DNA of 64,000 nt from Gammaproteobacteria bacterium (GCA_022340485.1 JAJDNX010000035.1:5985-69984); one strand, 5' to 3'. Numbered from the stretch's first letter, positions 44,186 to 57,095 are shown. The notes: generated by a model from the sequence alone, not told the origin. Program-made: numbers and translations.

Positions 44186-44703
44186 ACAATATAGACATGT
44201 GTGAGTTAGGCAATGCGGATGTTTTGCAGGACAAGGTGCGTAGTTTGTGGGTGCCTCTGAGGCAGATGAATCTTTTGTTGCCTAATGCAGTTGTTGCAGA
44301 AATATGCAGTTACCGTGCGCCTCGTACTTGCGAGGGTATGCCTGAATGGTACCTTGGGATGGTGCAATGGCGCGCACAGGAAGTACCTGTGATCTCGCTG
44401 GAATCGCTGTGCGGTCTAACGGTGCCTTCAAACCCGGTCTTTTCTCGGCTGATGATTGTGAATTCAGTAAGGCCGGACAGCCCTTTGAAACACTTTGCAA
44501 TCGTTACTGCTGGGCTTCCAGGACTGATTCAGTTTGGAAATGATATGGCTGACGAGGCTGTTGACTATGCATATGACGGACTGAGATGCATCGTCCGTAT
44601 AGGCAGTGAAGAAGCTGTCATCCCCGATTTGCCATACTTGCAGAATATGCTGGAAAACCACCTCGCTGAAGCAGTCCCGGTGAGACAATTACCGGTTAAC
44701 TAA
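44182..44703 (+). CDS. chpC: CheW-like protein ChpC
   Basis: 173 aa CheW-like domain. Start overlaps the chpA stop (ATGA). Confidence 0.75.
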   Translation: MNNIDMCELGNADVLQDKVRSLWVPLRQMNLLLPNAVVAEICSYRAPRTCEGMPEWYLGMVQWRAQEVPVISLESLCGLTVPSNPVFSRLMIVNSVRPDSPLKHFAIVTAGLPGLIQFGNDMADEAVDYAYDGLRCIVRIGSEEAVIPDLPYLQNMLENHLAEAVPVRQLPVN

Positions 44704-45430
44704 AATCACCCCATAGCGCTTGCATGCCTGCCAATGCTGCAAGCGCAGCAGTTTCAGTGCGCAGGATACGCTGACCCAGATGAATTCCTGTGAATCCGGC
44801 TGACTTGGCCAACGACTGTTCATCTGTATTTAAGCCACCCTCCGGTCCTACCAGCAAGTGTATTTTTTTGTCTGACACGGTTACTGCACCAAGACCCGTA
44901 GTACTACCCGGCTGTAGCAGGAAACGCAGGCAGCTGGTGTCCTGTGCAAGCATGCAGTCTGTAAAGTTCATGGGTTCAGAGAGGTGTGGAACAGTGGCTC
45001 GACCACATTGCTCACATGCACCGATGATTACACCTAGCCAGTGGTTTACGCGTTTTTCGAGCCGGGTTCCTTTCATGTGTGCCTGACTGCGTTGCATCCA
45101 GATTGGCTGAATGGTCTTGACACCCAATTCAACCGCCTTTTGCAGGATCAGGTCCATGCGGTCATTGCGTGTAATACCCTGTAACAGCGTGATGTCCAGT
45201 GAGGATTCTTGCTGTGCCGCGACGGGCTCTGCAATCTCCAGCATAATTCCCGTGCGCTTGATCGTTGTAACACAGGCACGATGTTCGCAACCCTTGCCAT
45301 CAAACACCTGAACGCTTGCACCACTGCGCACCCTTAGTACATGTGCGAGATGGTGTGCCGTCTGACCAGTGATCACCAGCTCCTCTCCCTGTATGAGCGC
45401 TTGTGGTGTATACAGACGGGATATGCGCAT
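44696..45430 (-). CDS. rsmE: 16S rRNA (uracil1498-N3)-methyltransferase
   Basis: MRISRLYTP...GPEGGLNTDE...ILRTETAALAAL. Confidence 0.88.
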   Translation of the reverse strand: MRISRLYTPQALIQGEELVITGQTAHHLAHVLRVRSGASVQVFDGKGCEHRACVTTIKRTGIMLEIAEPVAAQQESSLDITLLQGITRNDRMDLILQKAVELGVKTIQPIWMQRSQAHMKGTRLEKRVNHWLGVIIGACEQCGRATVPHLSEPMNFTDCMLAQDTSCLRFLLQPGSTTGLGAVTVSDKKIHLLVGPEGGLNTDEQSLAKSAGFTGIHLGQRILRTETAALAALAGMQALWGDFS

Positions 45431-45503
45431 TGATGGGTTGTCAGGGGATTTTTGTCAAGACGCGTACTTGCTGGTGATGGGTTGGAAGAGGTACTAAAGA
45501 TAG

Positions 45504-46361
45504 TCAGCTGTCTTGCGATGTGCCAAGTCCCAGATTAGCCCAGATAGCCAGTGCTGGTGCGGCACGATTGAGTGTGTAGAAATGCAGTCCAGGAGCTCCG
45601 TTTTCTAGCAAGTTTGCACACAGGCTGGTGACAACCTCTTCGCCAAATGCTCGTATGGATTTCAGATCATCGCCGTAGGCTTGAAGGCGCTTGCGTATCC
45701 AGCGAGGAATTTCAGCACCGCAGGCATCAGAGAATCGCGCCAGTTGATGAAAGTTGGTGATCGGCATGATGCCGGGTACGATGTCAATGTTGATGTTGAT
45801 ACGGTTGCAGCGTTCGATAAAGTGAAAGTAGGAGTCCGGATTGTAAAAATACTGGGTTATGGCACTGCTGGCACCTGCATCCACCTTGCGCTTGAAATTC
45901 TCAAGATCCCTGTCAGGGCTGCTAGCCTGCGGGTGATATTCCGGGTAGGCTGCTACCTCGATATGAAAGTGCTGGCCGGTCTCCTGGCGAATAAATGTGA
46001 CCAGCTCATTGGCATAGCGAAACTCTCCGGCCTCTCCCATGCCTGACGGCATGTCTCCGCGTAATGCCACGATATGGTTGATGCCAATAGCCCGGTAGTT
46101 GTTCAGCATCTCGCGGATGTTTTCGCGGGTGGAGCAGATGCATGATAGGTGCGGTGCAGTATCGATTCCGGAATTTTTCTGTAGCTCGACAACGGTAGTG
46201 AAAGTACGATCGAGTGATGAGCCCCCGGCACCAAAGGTAACGGAAAAGAAGCTTGGATTTAGAGCAGCCAGTGCCTTGGTGGTTTCTGCCAGCTTGTTGA
46301 TGCCATCCTCTGTCTTTGGTGGGAAAAACTCGAAACTGTAGGTCCGGTCTTGTTGTGTCAT
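45504..46361 (-). CDS. metF: 5,10-methylenetetrahydrofolate reductase
   Basis: SFEFFPPKT and FAD-binding region. Start ambiguous (46361 or 46370). Confidence 0.9.
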   Translation of the reverse strand: MTQQDRTYSFEFFPPKTEDGINKLAETTKALAALNPSFFSVTFGAGGSSLDRTFTTVVELQKNSGIDTAPHLSCICSTRENIREMLNNYRAIGINHIVALRGDMPSGMGEAGEFRYANELVTFIRQETGQHFHIEVAAYPEYHPQASSPDRDLENFKRKVDAGASSAITQYFYNPDSYFHFIERCNRININIDIVPGIMPITNFHQLARFSDACGAEIPRWIRKRLQAYGDDLKSIRAFGEEVVTSLCANLLENGAPGLHFYTLNRAAPALAIWANLGLGTSQDS

Positions 46362-46398
46362 ATGATGCATTGACCCTGTGTGAGCGCACTCTGGCCGT

Positions 46399-47817
46399 TC
46401 AATAGCGATACTGTTCCGGCTTGTAGGGCCCCTCTACCGGCACACCAATATAGTCAGCCTGTTGTTGAGAGAGAGTAGTAAGTTTCGCGCCAATCTTTCC
46501 CAGATGCAGTCTGGCAACTTCTTCATCAAGTTTCTTGGGCAGGGTATAGACACGGTTTTCATACTGGTCGCCGCGGTTCCATAACTCCATCTGTGCCAGT
46601 GTCTGGTTGGTGAAGCTGTTGGACATCACAAAGCTGGGATGGCCGGTAGCACAACCAAGATTTACCAGGCGGCCTTCCGCCAGCAGGATGATGCGGTTCC
46701 CGCTTGGGAGGATGATATGATCAACCTGGGGTTTGATGTTTTCCCAAGGGTATTTCTTCATACTGGCAACATCAATTTCATTGTCAAAGTGCCCAATGTT
46801 GCAGACAATGGCCTGGTCCTTCATTACCAGCATATGGTCATGGTTGATGACATGATAGTTGCCGGTTGCTGTGACAAAGATGTTGGCTTCGGCGGCAGCG
46901 TCATCCATCGTGACGACGCGATAACCTTCCATGGCGGCCTGAAGTGCGCAGATGGGATCTATTTCAGTAACCCACACCGTGCAGCCCAGGCCTTTCAATG
47001 ACTGGGCGCAGCCTTTGCCAACATCACCGTAACCGATAACCACGGCAATTTTTCCGGCTATCATCACATCGGTGGCGCGTTTGATACCATCGACCAGTGA
47101 CTCACGACATCCGTAAAGATTATCGAACTTGCTCTTCGTGACTGAGTCATTGACATTAATGGCCGGGAAGGGCAGGTCTCCGCGTTCCTGCATCTGGTAC
47201 AGGCGGTGTACACCGGTGGTCGTTTCCTCGGTCACGCCGTGGATGTTTTCCAGGATGTTGGCATACCAGCCTGGCTGCGTATCGAGATGCTTCCGGATGC
47301 TGTTATACAGGGCAATCTCTTCCTCGCTGCCCGGGTTGTCGAGTACCGACGGATCCTGTTCGGCACGGGTGCCAAGCATGACCAGCATGGTGGCATCACC
47401 GCCATCATCAAGAATCATGTTTGGCGTTCCACCATCATGCCATTCCATGATCTGGTGCGTGTACTGCCAGTATTCGTCCAGTGACTCACCTTTCCATGCA
47501 TACACAGGTATACCGCGTGCGGCAATTGCTGCTGCAGCATGGTCCTGGGTTGAGAAGATGTTGCAGGATGCCCAGCGGACCTCGGCACCCAATTCCACCA
47601 GTGTTTCGATCAGCACGGCCGTCTGGATGGTCATATGCAGGCTTCCAGCGATACGTGCACCCTTAAGCGGCTTTTCTGCAGCGTATTGTTTGCGTAATGC
47701 CATCAAGCCCGGCATTTCAGTCTCAGCAATGGCAATTTCCTTGCGTCCCCAGTCCGCCAGTCCAATGTCAGCTACCTTGTAGTCGGGTGAGATGTTTTCA
47801 GCGGTTTGTGTTGTCAT
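46399..47817 (-). CDS. ahcY: adenosylhomocysteinase
   Basis: [26 protein letters not shown] and NAD-binding [10 protein letters not shown]. Start at [10 protein letters not shown] (472 aa), only ~19 nt downstream of the metK stop. Confidence 0.92.
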   Translation of the reverse strand: MTTQTAENISPDYKVADIGLADWGRKEIAIAETEMPGLMALRKQYAAEKPLKGARIAGSLHMTIQTAVLIETLVELGAEVRWASCNIFSTQDHAAAAIAARGIPVYAWKGESLDEYWQYTHQIMEWHDGGTPNMILDDGGDATMLVMLGTRAEQDPSVLDNPGSEEEIALYNSIRKHLDTQPGWYANILENIHGVTEETTTGVHRLYQMQERGDLPFPAINVNDSVTKSKFDNLYGCRESLVDGIKRATDVMIAGKIAVVIGYGDVGKGCAQSLKGLGCTVWVTEIDPICALQAAMEGYRVVTMDDAAAEANIFVTATGNYHVINHDHMLVMKDQAIVCNIGHFDNEIDVASMKKYPWENIKPQVDHIILPSGNRIILLAEGRLVNLGCATGHPSFVMSNSFTNQTLAQMELWNRGDQYENRVYTLPKKLDEEVARLHLGKIGAKLTTLSQQQADYIGVPVEGPYKPEQYRY

Positions 47818-47836
47818 TCTAGGTCTCGTGGTTGTT

Positions 47837-49024
47837 TTAAACGGTTCTTTCAATCGTGTGCAGCCCGGCAGCCTCTCGCAGGATATCGGCCTTATCGGTT
47901 TTTTCCCAGCTGAAGTCACAATCCTCGCGACCGAAGTGACCATAGGCGGCGGTAGGTCTGTAACCCGGTTTTAACAGATTCAGCATCGCGACCATGCCGC
48001 GTGGGCGCAGATCAAAATGTTCACGTATCAGTTCCACGAGACGATCTTCCTGAAGCAATCCTGTGCCAAAAGTTTCCACACTGATGGAAGTTGGTTCTGC
48101 CACGCCGATGGCATAGGAAACCTGGATTTCACAGCGTTTCGAGAGCCCCGCCGCGACGATATTTTTTGCCACGTAGCGAGCGGCGTAGGCGGCAGATCGG
48201 TCAACCTTGCTCGGGTCCTTGCCGGAGAAGGCTCCTCCCCCGTGACGTGCCATACCGCCATAGGAATCCACAATGATCTTGCGGCCGGTAAGACCGCAAT
48301 CTCCGACCGGGCCACCAATCACAAAGCGACCGGTCGGGTTGATATGGATATGTTCATGGCGACACTGGTCCAGCCACTTGGCTGGCAGTACTGGCTTGAT
48401 GATCTCGTCCATGACTGCTTCACGCAAGGCAGCCAGTGAAATCTCCGGATGGTGCTGGGTAGAGAGCACCACCGCATCTATACCTACTGGCTGGCTGTCC
48501 TCGTAACGAAAGGTAACCTGGCTTTTTGCGTCAGGGCGCAGCCACGGCAGTGTGCCATTTTTGCGCACTTCTGACTGGCGCTTCACCAAGCGATGGGCGT
48601 AGGTAATGGGTGCAGGCATTAAAACATCGGTTTCACTGGACGCATAGCCAAACATCAGGCCCTGGTCTCCTGCACCCTGTTCATGGGCATCGGTTTCATC
48701 GACGCCCATTGCAATGTCCGGCGATTGCTTGCCGATGGCATTCAATACAGCACACGATGCCCAGTCAAAACCAATCTCGGAACTGTTGTAGCCGATATCG
48801 CGCACAGTCTGCCGAACGATCTCCTCCAGATCCACCCAGGCAGTGGTAGTGACCTCGCCGGCAATCATGACCATGCCGGTTTTGACCAGTGTTTCAACCG
48901 CGACGCGCGCACGCTGGTCCTGTTCCAGTATGGCGTCAAGTACCGCATCCGATATCTGGTCGGCAACCTTGTCGGGATGTCCCTCGGACACGGATTCAGA
49001 TGTAAATGTATGATTAGTGGACAT
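47837..49024 (-). CDS. metK: S-adenosylmethionine synthetase
   Basis: [24 protein letters not shown] and [19 protein letters not shown]. Confidence 0.93.
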   Translation of the reverse strand: MSTNHTFTSESVSEGHPDKVADQISDAVLDAILEQDQRARVAVETLVKTGMVMIAGEVTTTAWVDLEEIVRQTVRDIGYNSSEIGFDWASCAVLNAIGKQSPDIAMGVDETDAHEQGAGDQGLMFGYASSETDVLMPAPITYAHRLVKRQSEVRKNGTLPWLRPDAKSQVTFRYEDSQPVGIDAVVLSTQHHPEISLAALREAVMDEIIKPVLPAKWLDQCRHEHIHINPTGRFVIGGPVGDCGLTGRKIIVDSYGGMARHGGGAFSGKDPSKVDRSAAYAARYVAKNIVAAGLSKRCEIQVSYAIGVAEPTSISVETFGTGLLQEDRLVELIREHFDLRPRGMVAMLNLLKPGYRPTAAYGHFGREDCDFSWEKTDKADILREAAGLHTIERTV

Positions 49025-49146
49025 AAATAGTGGCTTTGGCGACAATGAAACGCTAAAGTCTACCTCAGGGGAGTGATGTTTTCATCCGTTATCTATTAGC
49101 CCTGCTAAAATCACCAGTCCACTCTGTTTATCAAAAAGGATTAATT

Positions 49147-49701
49147 ATGGTCAGTCTGGAGACACCAATCTGCGAGTTCGGGAAAAAGGCCATCGACTTC
49201 ACGTTGCCCGGGGTCGACAATCGGGAATGGACGCTTGAGGATTGCCGTGGTGCAAACGGTTTGCTTGTGATGTTCATCTGTAACCATTGCCCGTATGTCA
49301 AGGCGATTCTCCAGCGCTTGGTGCGGGATACTGCAGAATTGCGAGAGTTCGGCGTCAACAGCGTTGCGATCATGTCCAATGATCCAGCCCAGTTTGAAGA
49401 AGACCGTTTTGAACACATGCAGGCTTTGGCGCGGCAATATAATTTTCCTTTTCCCTACCTGATGGATTACTCACAGTCCATCGCAAAGGCTTACGGGGCA
49501 GTCTGTACGCCTGATTTTTTTGGTTATAACAGTGACTTGCAGTTGCAGTACCGGGGGCGACTGGATGCCAGCAACAAATCGACTGCACCCCCAGATGCGC
49601 CGAGGGAGCTTTTCAATGCCATGCGCGAAGTGGCGGCTACGGGTCATGGTCCGGTGCATCAGGTGCCCAGTATCGGCTGCTCGATCAAGTGGCGGGAGTA
49701 G
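49147..49701 (+). CDS. thioredoxin-fold thiol-disulfide oxidoreductase-like protein (CNHCPY motif)
   Basis: 184 aa with Cxx[C] redox motif FICNHCPYVK in a thioredoxin-like context. Divergent from metK. Confidence 0.6.
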   Translation: MVSLETPICEFGKKAIDFTLPGVDNREWTLEDCRGANGLLVMFICNHCPYVKAILQRLVRDTAELREFGVNSVAIMSNDPAQFEEDRFEHMQALARQYNFPFPYLMDYSQSIAKAYGAVCTPDFFGYNSDLQLQYRGRLDASNKSTAPPDAPRELFNAMREVAATGHGPVHQVPSIGCSIKWRE

Positions 49702-50077
49702 CAGGAGCAAGATACCCGCATCACCGATAAGTTATTGTTATAGAGCAATAAAGCATGACGTGGTCAACGCATGCCCACTCCCATCCGTGCTATTGCCGTA
49801 TGAGGCAAACTAGTGGAAAATAGCGCGCCTTGCTACCGGGGACGAAGGCCTGATAGGCAACCGCAGATAAATTGCCCGGCCTGGACGACTCTATTGATTG
49901 TGAATGATGTGGATGCCTCAGTGCTAATAAACCGGCGCTGCAGGCTTTTTTTGTCGCCGTAACATCAGTTGTTATTTGTGGCAACGCATCATGCAGGTTC
50001 AAGCGGAACCCCCCGGTACGGCCACAGTGTGGCGATTTAAATATTTACAGAATTCAAAATCAGAACAGGAGAACAAC

Positions 50078-52066
50078 ATGGCTCAGCGGAAAGAACTCGC
50101 CAATGCCATCCGTGCGCTCAGCATGGATGCCGTGCAGAAGGCAAATTCCGGCCACCCCGGCGCACCAATGGGAATGGCGGATATAGCCGAGGTCTTGTGG
50201 AACGATCACCTGAAACACAATCCGAGTAACCCGAAATGGTCAGACCGCGACCGTTTTATTCTTTCCAATGGTCACGGTTCGATGCTCATTTACTCACTGC
50301 TGCATCTTACCGGCTATGATATGAGTATTGATGATCTTAAGAATTTTCGTCAGCTGCATTCAAAAACACCAGGCCACCCTGAGTATGGATATGCGCCAGG
50401 GGTAGAGACTACGACCGGTCCGCTGGGTCAAGGTGTTACCAATGCCGTTGGTATGGCTATAGCCGAGCGTTCACTGGCCGCTGAATTCAATCGTGCTGGC
50501 CACGACATCGTAAATCACTACACCTATGTGTTCCTCGGTGACGGTTGCCTCATGGAAGGTATCTCGCACGAGGCCTGTTCGCTGGCAGGCACATTGGGTC
50601 TGGGCAAACTGATTGCCTTCTGGGATGACAACGGCATCTCTATCGACGGCCATGTTGACGGCTGGTTCACGGATGACACTCCCGCACGCTTTGCGGCCTA
50701 TGGTTGGCATGTCATTGCCGCTGTCGACGGACATAATCCTGCAGCGATAGAGAGAGCGATTGTTGAAGCAAAGGAAGTCACCGATAAGCCCAGCATGATT
50801 TGTTGCAAGACCACCATTGGCTACGGCTCGCCCAACAAGGCTGGCACTCATAACTGTCACGGTGCCCCGCTGGGTGAAGACGAGGTCGCACTGACGCGCA
50901 AGGAACTGGGATGGAATTACGAGCCCTTTGTCATTCCGGAGGATGTCTACAACGGCTGGGATGCAAGAAACAAAGGCTTGCGCGCAGAAGCGGAGTGGAA
51001 TGATAAATTCGACAGTTACAAGGCGGATTATCCGGATTTGGCCGCTGAATACGAACGTCGCATGGCTGGTGAGCTGCCATCCGACTGGGCAGACAAGGCT
51101 GCTGCATTCGTCAAGTCTGTGGATGATAAAGGTGAGTCACTGGCAACACGTCAGGCCTCGCTGAAATCCATAGAAGGGTATGCACCCTTGTTGCCGGAGC
51201 TCTTTGGAGGTTCGGCGGATCTGGGTTGCTCCAACCTGACTGAATGGTCCGGGTACAAGCCGATGCGCGCCGATACCCCTGACAGCAACTACGTAAACTA
51301 CGGGGTGCGTGAGTTTGGCATGTCGGCCATCATGAACGGTATTGCATTACATGGTGGTTTGATACCCTTCGGGGGTACCTTTTTGATGTTCTCCGAGTAT
51401 GCGCGCAACGCACTGCGCATGGCCGCGTTGATGAAGGTGCAGAGTATCTTTGTCTACACCCATGATTCTATTGGCCTGGGTGAAGACGGTCCAACTCACC
51501 AGGCCATTGAGCAGATTCCAACTCTGCGGATGATCCCAGGAATGAGCGTGTGGCGGCCATGTGACACCGTCGAGAGTGCCGTTGCCTGGCAGGCAGCCAT
51601 CGAACAGCGCAACGGGCCTAGCTGCCTGATCTTTTCCCGCCAGGGCCTGCCGTACCAGAAACGTACAGCAGAGCAGATCGCCAATATTCGCAAGGGCGGC
51701 TACATCCTTAAGGATTGCGATGGCACGCCTGATGTCATCATCATTGCAACCGGATCCGAAGTGGCACTCGCCATGGGTGCGGCAGAGCAGCTTGCTGACA
51801 GAAAGATTCGCGTTGTGTCCATGCCATCAACCACCCTGTTCGACGCCCAGGACGCCGCATACCGGGAAGCCGTGCTGCCGGATAGCGTAACTGCGCGTGT
51901 GGCGGTGGAAGCAGCGGTTACAGGAGGCTGGTACAAATATGTCGGACGCAAGGGCGCTGTGGTAGGCATCGACCGCTTCGGTGAATCTGCGCCGGCCGGA
52001 CAGCTGTTCGAATACTTTGGCTTCACGGTTGATAATGTTGTCAAGGCAGTGAACAGCGTAGCCTGA
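50078..52066 (+). CDS. tkt: transketolase
   Basis: [34 protein letters not shown]. 662 aa from this start. Confidence 0.93.
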   Translation: MAQRKELANAIRALSMDAVQKANSGHPGAPMGMADIAEVLWNDHLKHNPSNPKWSDRDRFILSNGHGSMLIYSLLHLTGYDMSIDDLKNFRQLHSKTPGHPEYGYAPGVETTTGPLGQGVTNAVGMAIAERSLAAEFNRAGHDIVNHYTYVFLGDGCLMEGISHEACSLAGTLGLGKLIAFWDDNGISIDGHVDGWFTDDTPARFAAYGWHVIAAVDGHNPAAIERAIVEAKEVTDKPSMICCKTTIGYGSPNKAGTHNCHGAPLGEDEVALTRKELGWNYEPFVIPEDVYNGWDARNKGLRAEAEWNDKFDSYKADYPDLAAEYERRMAGELPSDWADKAAAFVKSVDDKGESLATRQASLKSIEGYAPLLPELFGGSADLGCSNLTEWSGYKPMRADTPDSNYVNYGVREFGMSAIMNGIALHGGLIPFGGTFLMFSEYARNALRMAALMKVQSIFVYTHDSIGLGEDGPTHQAIEQIPTLRMIPGMSVWRPCDTVESAVAWQAAIEQRNGPSCLIFSRQGLPYQKRTAEQIANIRKGGYILKDCDGTPDVIIIATGSEVALAMGAAEQLADRKIRVVSMPSTTLFDAQDAAYREAVLPDSVTARVAVEAAVTGGWYKYVGRKGAVVGIDRFGESAPAGQLFEYFGFTVDNVVKAVNSVA

Positions 52067-52147
52067 GATCTGCTCATCTGAAAATTCATGCTTGCCGCAT
52101 TACGTTGCGGGTTGGTTGATTTTTTATACAAACTGTCAAGGAGATAA

Positions 52148-53149
<1,002 letters not shown>

Positions 53150-53171
53150 GCGGGACTCAAGTCCGGCGACA

Positions 53172-53202
53172 GCATCTGTACTGCTGTCGCCGGGATACAG
53201 TT
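53172..53202 (+). other. perfect 12-bp-stem hairpin in the gap-pgk intercistronic region
   Basis: CCGGCGACAGCAtctgtacTGCTGTCGCCGG. No downstream T-run. Confidence 0.6.
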
Positions 53203-53250
53203 TGATCTACCCGATTGTTAAATTGATTAAATGAAATTTTGGAGTCGTCA

Positions 53251-54429
53251 ATGTCCGTGCTCAAGATGACCGATCTCGACCTTTCCGGTAAACGCACCCT
53301 GATACGTCAGGATCTGAATGTTCCCATCAAGGATGGCAAGGTTGCCAGTGACAAGCGCATCCGCGCGAGTTTGCCTACCATCGAATTTGCAATAAAGGCC
53401 GGAGCACGGGTCATGCTGATGTCCCACCTCGGGCGTCCCACCGAAGGGGAGTATGCCGATGAATTTTCCCTGCGCCCCGTTGCTGAACATTTATCTGGCT
53501 TGCTGGGCAAAGAGGTAAAGCTGGTCGCTGATTATCTTGAGCAGGCGCCGGAGCTGCATGACGGTGATGTCGTTCTGCTGGAGAATGTCCGATTCAACAA
53601 GGGTGAAAAGGCAAACGACGAGAGTCTTTCCAGAAAATATGCAGGCTTGTGCGATATTTATGTAATGGACGCATTCGGCACCGCTCATCGTGCGCAGGCC
53701 TCGACTCACGGTGCCGGCCAGTATGCACCTGTAGCATGCGCCGGGCCCTTGCTGGCCGGGGAACTGGAGGCACTTGGCAAGGCGCTGGACAATCCTGCCC
53801 GACCGATGGCAGCCATTGTGGGTGGCTCCAAGGTTTCCACAAAGTTAACAGTACTCGAATCATTGTCTGGTGTTGTTGATCAGCTGATCCCGGGTGGCGG
53901 TATTGCCAATACCTTCATAGCAGCCAGTGGCTACAATGTTGGCAAGTCGCTCGTTGAAGAAGACCTGATTCCCGAGGCAAAACGCCTGATGGAGGCGGCT
54001 CGTGCAAAGGGCGGTGACATTCCGGTACCAACGGATGTAGTTGTTGGCAAGGAATTTTCAGAGTCTGCCGAGGCAGTTGTGAAAAAGGTCGAGGATGTTG
54101 CGGATGATGACATGATCTTCGATATCGGACCCGAAACGGCCGCCAAATTTGCCCAGATGATGAAGAGTGCAGGGACCATTGTCTGGAATGGCCCGGTGGG
54201 TGTTTTCGAGTTTGACCAGTTCGGTGAAGGAACCAGGACCCTGGGCATGGCGATTGCTGAATCCGATGCCTTCTCGATTGCCGGCGGCGGTGACACGCTG
54301 GCTGCCGTCGATAAATATGGCATTGCGGACAAGGTGTCCTATATTTCAACAGGTGGTGGTGCTTTTCTCGAATTTCTGGAAGGCAAGAAACTTCCTGCTG
54401 TGGCCATGCTGGAAGAGCGGGCAAAATAG
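53251..54429 (+). CDS. pgk: phosphoglycerate kinase
   Basis: [25 protein letters not shown]. ggag RBS 7 nt upstream. Confidence 0.92.
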   Translation: MSVLKMTDLDLSGKRTLIRQDLNVPIKDGKVASDKRIRASLPTIEFAIKAGARVMLMSHLGRPTEGEYADEFSLRPVAEHLSGLLGKEVKLVADYLEQAPELHDGDVVLLENVRFNKGEKANDESLSRKYAGLCDIYVMDAFGTAHRAQASTHGAGQYAPVACAGPLLAGELEALGKALDNPARPMAAIVGGSKVSTKLTVLESLSGVVDQLIPGGGIANTFIAASGYNVGKSLVEEDLIPEAKRLMEAARAKGGDIPVPTDVVVGKEFSESAEAVVKKVEDVADDDMIFDIGPETAAKFAQMMKSAGTIVWNGPVGVFEFDQFGEGTRTLGMAIAESDAFSIAGGGDTLAAVDKYGIADKVSYISTGGGAFLEFLEGKKLPAVAMLEERAK

Positions 54430-54476
54430 CATGCCGGCCCAGGCGGTGCGTTCGAAAATAATATCAAGCTGACTTT

Positions 54477-55922
54477 ATGCCAAGACGAACAAAAATTGTC
54501 GCCACACTGGGTCCAGCCACGGATGCCAAGCATGTGCTGGATGAAATGATCCAGGCAGGGATGGATGTTGTCAGGGTGAATTTTTCGCATGGCACCCATG
54601 AAGACCACATCAAACGTGCTGAAAATGTCCGTAACCGTGCGCGTGCGCACGGGCACCAGGTCGGTGTATTGGCTGATCTGCAGGGCCCGAAGATCCGCAT
54701 CGAGTGTTTCAAGGAGGACATGATCCACCTTGAGAAGGATGACACCTTCATCTTTGATACGGCACTGGATGCGAATGCCGGTACCCGCGAAAGGGTTGGC
54801 GTCACTTATAAGGACCTGCACCAGGACGTTTCCCGCGGCGATACCTTGCTCCTTGATGATGGCTTGCTGGTGCTCTGGGTTGAGGAGGTTCAGGGCACCG
54901 AGGTTCGTTGCAAGGTCGTTGTCGGTGGACGACTGACCAATCACAAGGGAATCAATCGCCTCGGTGGCGGACTGTCTCCTGCTTCGCTTACAGAAAAGGA
55001 CCGCAGGGATATCCTGGTTGCTGCAGCGATGAAAGCAGATTACGTGGCCATTTCTTTTCCGCGCTGTGCGGATGATATACACGAGGCACGTGAACTGCTG
55101 CGCTCGGCAGGCGGGCATGGTTGTATTGTTGCCAAGATCGAACGCGCAGAGGCTCTTGACGCGCTTGAAGAGATTATAGAGGCTTCAGATGCCCTGATGA
55201 TTGCGCGTGGTGATCTGGGGGTTGAGATCGGTGATGCTGAATTGCCGGCCGTGCAAAAGAAAATCATCAAGGTGGCTCGCTCACATGACCGGGTTGTGAT
55301 AACCGCCACCCAGATGATGCAGTCCATGATTGAAAACCCGATTCCAACACGTGCTGAAGTGTTTGATGTGGCGAATGCTGTTATTGATGGCACCGATGCG
55401 GTGATGTTGTCAGCAGAAACCGCGGCGGGCCGTTATCCGGCCAAGGTAATTGAGGCGATGGACCGTATTTGTGCCGGCGCAGAACGGCAACGAATCAACT
55501 CGGCTACAGAACGACGCATCAACATACGTTTCAAGCGGACGGATGAGGCCATCGCTAAGGCAGCAATCTATACTGCCAATAGTCTCGGTGTGAAGGCTAT
55601 TGCTGCCTTGACCGAGTCAGGTGCAACCGCCTTGTGGATGTCACGGATCAGTTCCGGTATCCCCATATTCGCCATGACCCGTCATGTCGAGACGCGCAGA
55701 AAGGTGACCCTGTATCGTGGCGTTTATCCGGTAAGTTTTGATGTAACAACGCCGGATCATGCAACCGTCAATAAGGAAGCTATTGATGAACTGATGCGAC
55801 GCGGTGCGGTACGAGATGGTGACCTGGTGATTATCACCAAGGGTGATCTGATGGGGGTACATGGCGGTACCAACGCCATGAAGATTATACGTGTCGGTGA
55901 ACACGAAATCATGGAGCAATAG
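54477..55922 (+). CDS. pyk: pyruvate kinase
   Basis: RRTKIVATLGPATD...VRVNFSHG...MIARGDLGVEI. 481 aa. Confidence 0.92.
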   Translation: MPRRTKIVATLGPATDAKHVLDEMIQAGMDVVRVNFSHGTHEDHIKRAENVRNRARAHGHQVGVLADLQGPKIRIECFKEDMIHLEKDDTFIFDTALDANAGTRERVGVTYKDLHQDVSRGDTLLLDDGLLVLWVEEVQGTEVRCKVVVGGRLTNHKGINRLGGGLSPASLTEKDRRDILVAAAMKADYVAISFPRCADDIHEARELLRSAGGHGCIVAKIERAEALDALEEIIEASDALMIARGDLGVEIGDAELPAVQKKIIKVARSHDRVVITATQMMQSMIENPIPTRAEVFDVANAVIDGTDAVMLSAETAAGRYPAKVIEAMDRICAGAERQRINSATERRINIRFKRTDEAIAKAAIYTANSLGVKAIAALTESGATALWMSRISSGIPIFAMTRHVETRRKVTLYRGVYPVSFDVTTPDHATVNKEAIDELMRRGAVRDGDLVIITKGDLMGVHGGTNAMKIIRVGEHEIMEQ

Positions 55923-55977
55923 TGTCTGGCGGGTGGATGTCACATGTGGACAAACCCGAAGTAGCTCTCGGAGCTTG

Positions 55978-56014
55978 AATACCTGTAACCTGTAGTGAAC
56001 AACTAACCTGTAGA
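55978..56014 (+). promoter_or_regulatory. direct repeats ACCTGTA(G) x3 upstream of fba
   Basis: acctgta acctgtag tgaacaacta acctgtag located 17-50 nt upstream of the fba start. Candidate operator or promoter element. Confidence 0.35.
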
Positions 56015-56030
56015 ATTTTAGGAGAAGACA

Positions 56031-57095
56031 ATGGCCATTATATCCTTACGCCAACTGCTGGATCACGCTGCCGAACACGGCTACGGTGTGCCAGCCTACA
56101 ACGTGAACAATATGGAACAGATGCATGCCATAATGGAAGCAGCCGATGAAACAGACAGCCCGGTTATCTGCCAGGCATCGGCCGGTGCTCGTTCCTATGC
56201 CGGGGCTCCGTTCCTGCGCCACCTGATTCAGGCAGCAGTTGAACAGTGGCCGCATATTCCCGTCTGTGTGCATCAGGATCACGGTGCATCCCCGTCAGTC
56301 TGCCAGCGCTCCATACAACTGGGCTTCAGTTCGGTCATGATGGACGGATCGCTTGGTCCCGACATGAAGACGCCGATGAGCTATGAGTACAATGTTGATG
56401 TGACCAGCAAGACGGTTGCCATGGCACATGCCTGTGGTGTTTCCGTTGAAGGTGAGCTGGGTTGCCTGGGATCGCTTGAGACAGGTATGGCCGGTGAAGA
56501 GGACGGCTCCGGTGCCGAGGGTAAGCTGTCTCATGACCAGCTGCTTACAGACCCGGAAGAGGCTGCGCGGTTTGTTGAAGATACCAAGTGCGATGCCCTG
56601 GCAATTGCCATCGGTACCAGTCACGGCGCTTACAAGTTTACCCGCCCACCGACAGGTGAAATCCTTGCAATAGATCGTATCAAGGAAATTCATGCCCGCA
56701 TTCCCGATACACATCTTGTCATGCACGGTTCATCTTCTGTACCACAGGATTGGCTGGCAATCATCAACCAATATGGTGGTGATATGGGCGAGACCTATGG
56801 AGTTCCGGTCGAGGAAATCCAGGAAGGTATCAAGTATGGCGTACGCAAGGTCAATATCGACACCGACTTGCGTATGGCTTCCACCGGTGCCATTCGCAAG
56901 CACATGCATGATCATCCTTCAAACTTTGATCCACGCAAGTACCTGAGAGCCGCCACTGATGGTATGCGTGGCATCTGCAAGGCTCGTTATGAGGCATTTG
57001 GTACTGCCGGCAATGCTTCGAAGATCAAGGTGATCAGTCTGGAAGAGATGTACAAGCGCTATGAAAGTGGTGAGCTTGATCCCACAGTTAACTAG
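56031..57095 (+). CDS. fba: class II fructose-bisphosphate aldolase (Fda/CbbA type, 354 aa)
   Basis: [27 protein letters not shown]...HQDHGAS. Confidence 0.92.
   Translation: MAIISLRQLLDHAAEHGYGVPAYNVNNMEQMHAIMEAADETDSPVICQASAGARSYAGAPFLRHLIQAAVEQWPHIPVCVHQDHGASPSVCQRSIQLGFSSVMMDGSLGPDMKTPMSYEYNVDVTSKTVAMAHACGVSVEGELGCLGSLETGMAGEEDGSGAEGKLSHDQLLTDPEEAARFVEDTKCDALAIAIGTSHGAYKFTRPPTGEILAIDRIKEIHARIPDTHLVMHGSSSVPQDWLAIINQYGGDMGETYGVPVEEIQEGIKYGVRKVNIDTDLRMASTGAIRKHMHDHPSNFDPRKYLRAATDGMRGICKARYEAFGTAGNASKIKVISLEEMYKRYESGELDPTVN

Noticed and set aside
47818-47943. Possible SAH riboswitch upstream of ahcY (126-nt in-frame N-terminal extension in the tool ORF)
   Set aside because: With the homology-supported start ([10 protein letters not shown]) only ~19 nt separate the metK stop from ahcY, leaving no room for a riboswitch. 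The region upstream is metK coding sequence.
49702-50077. 376-nt leader upstream of tkt as a riboswitch or sRNA
   Set aside because: No recognisable riboswitch consensus or clean terminator hairpin. It is probably just the promoter region of the tkt-gap-pgk-pyk-fba cluster. Left unannotated.
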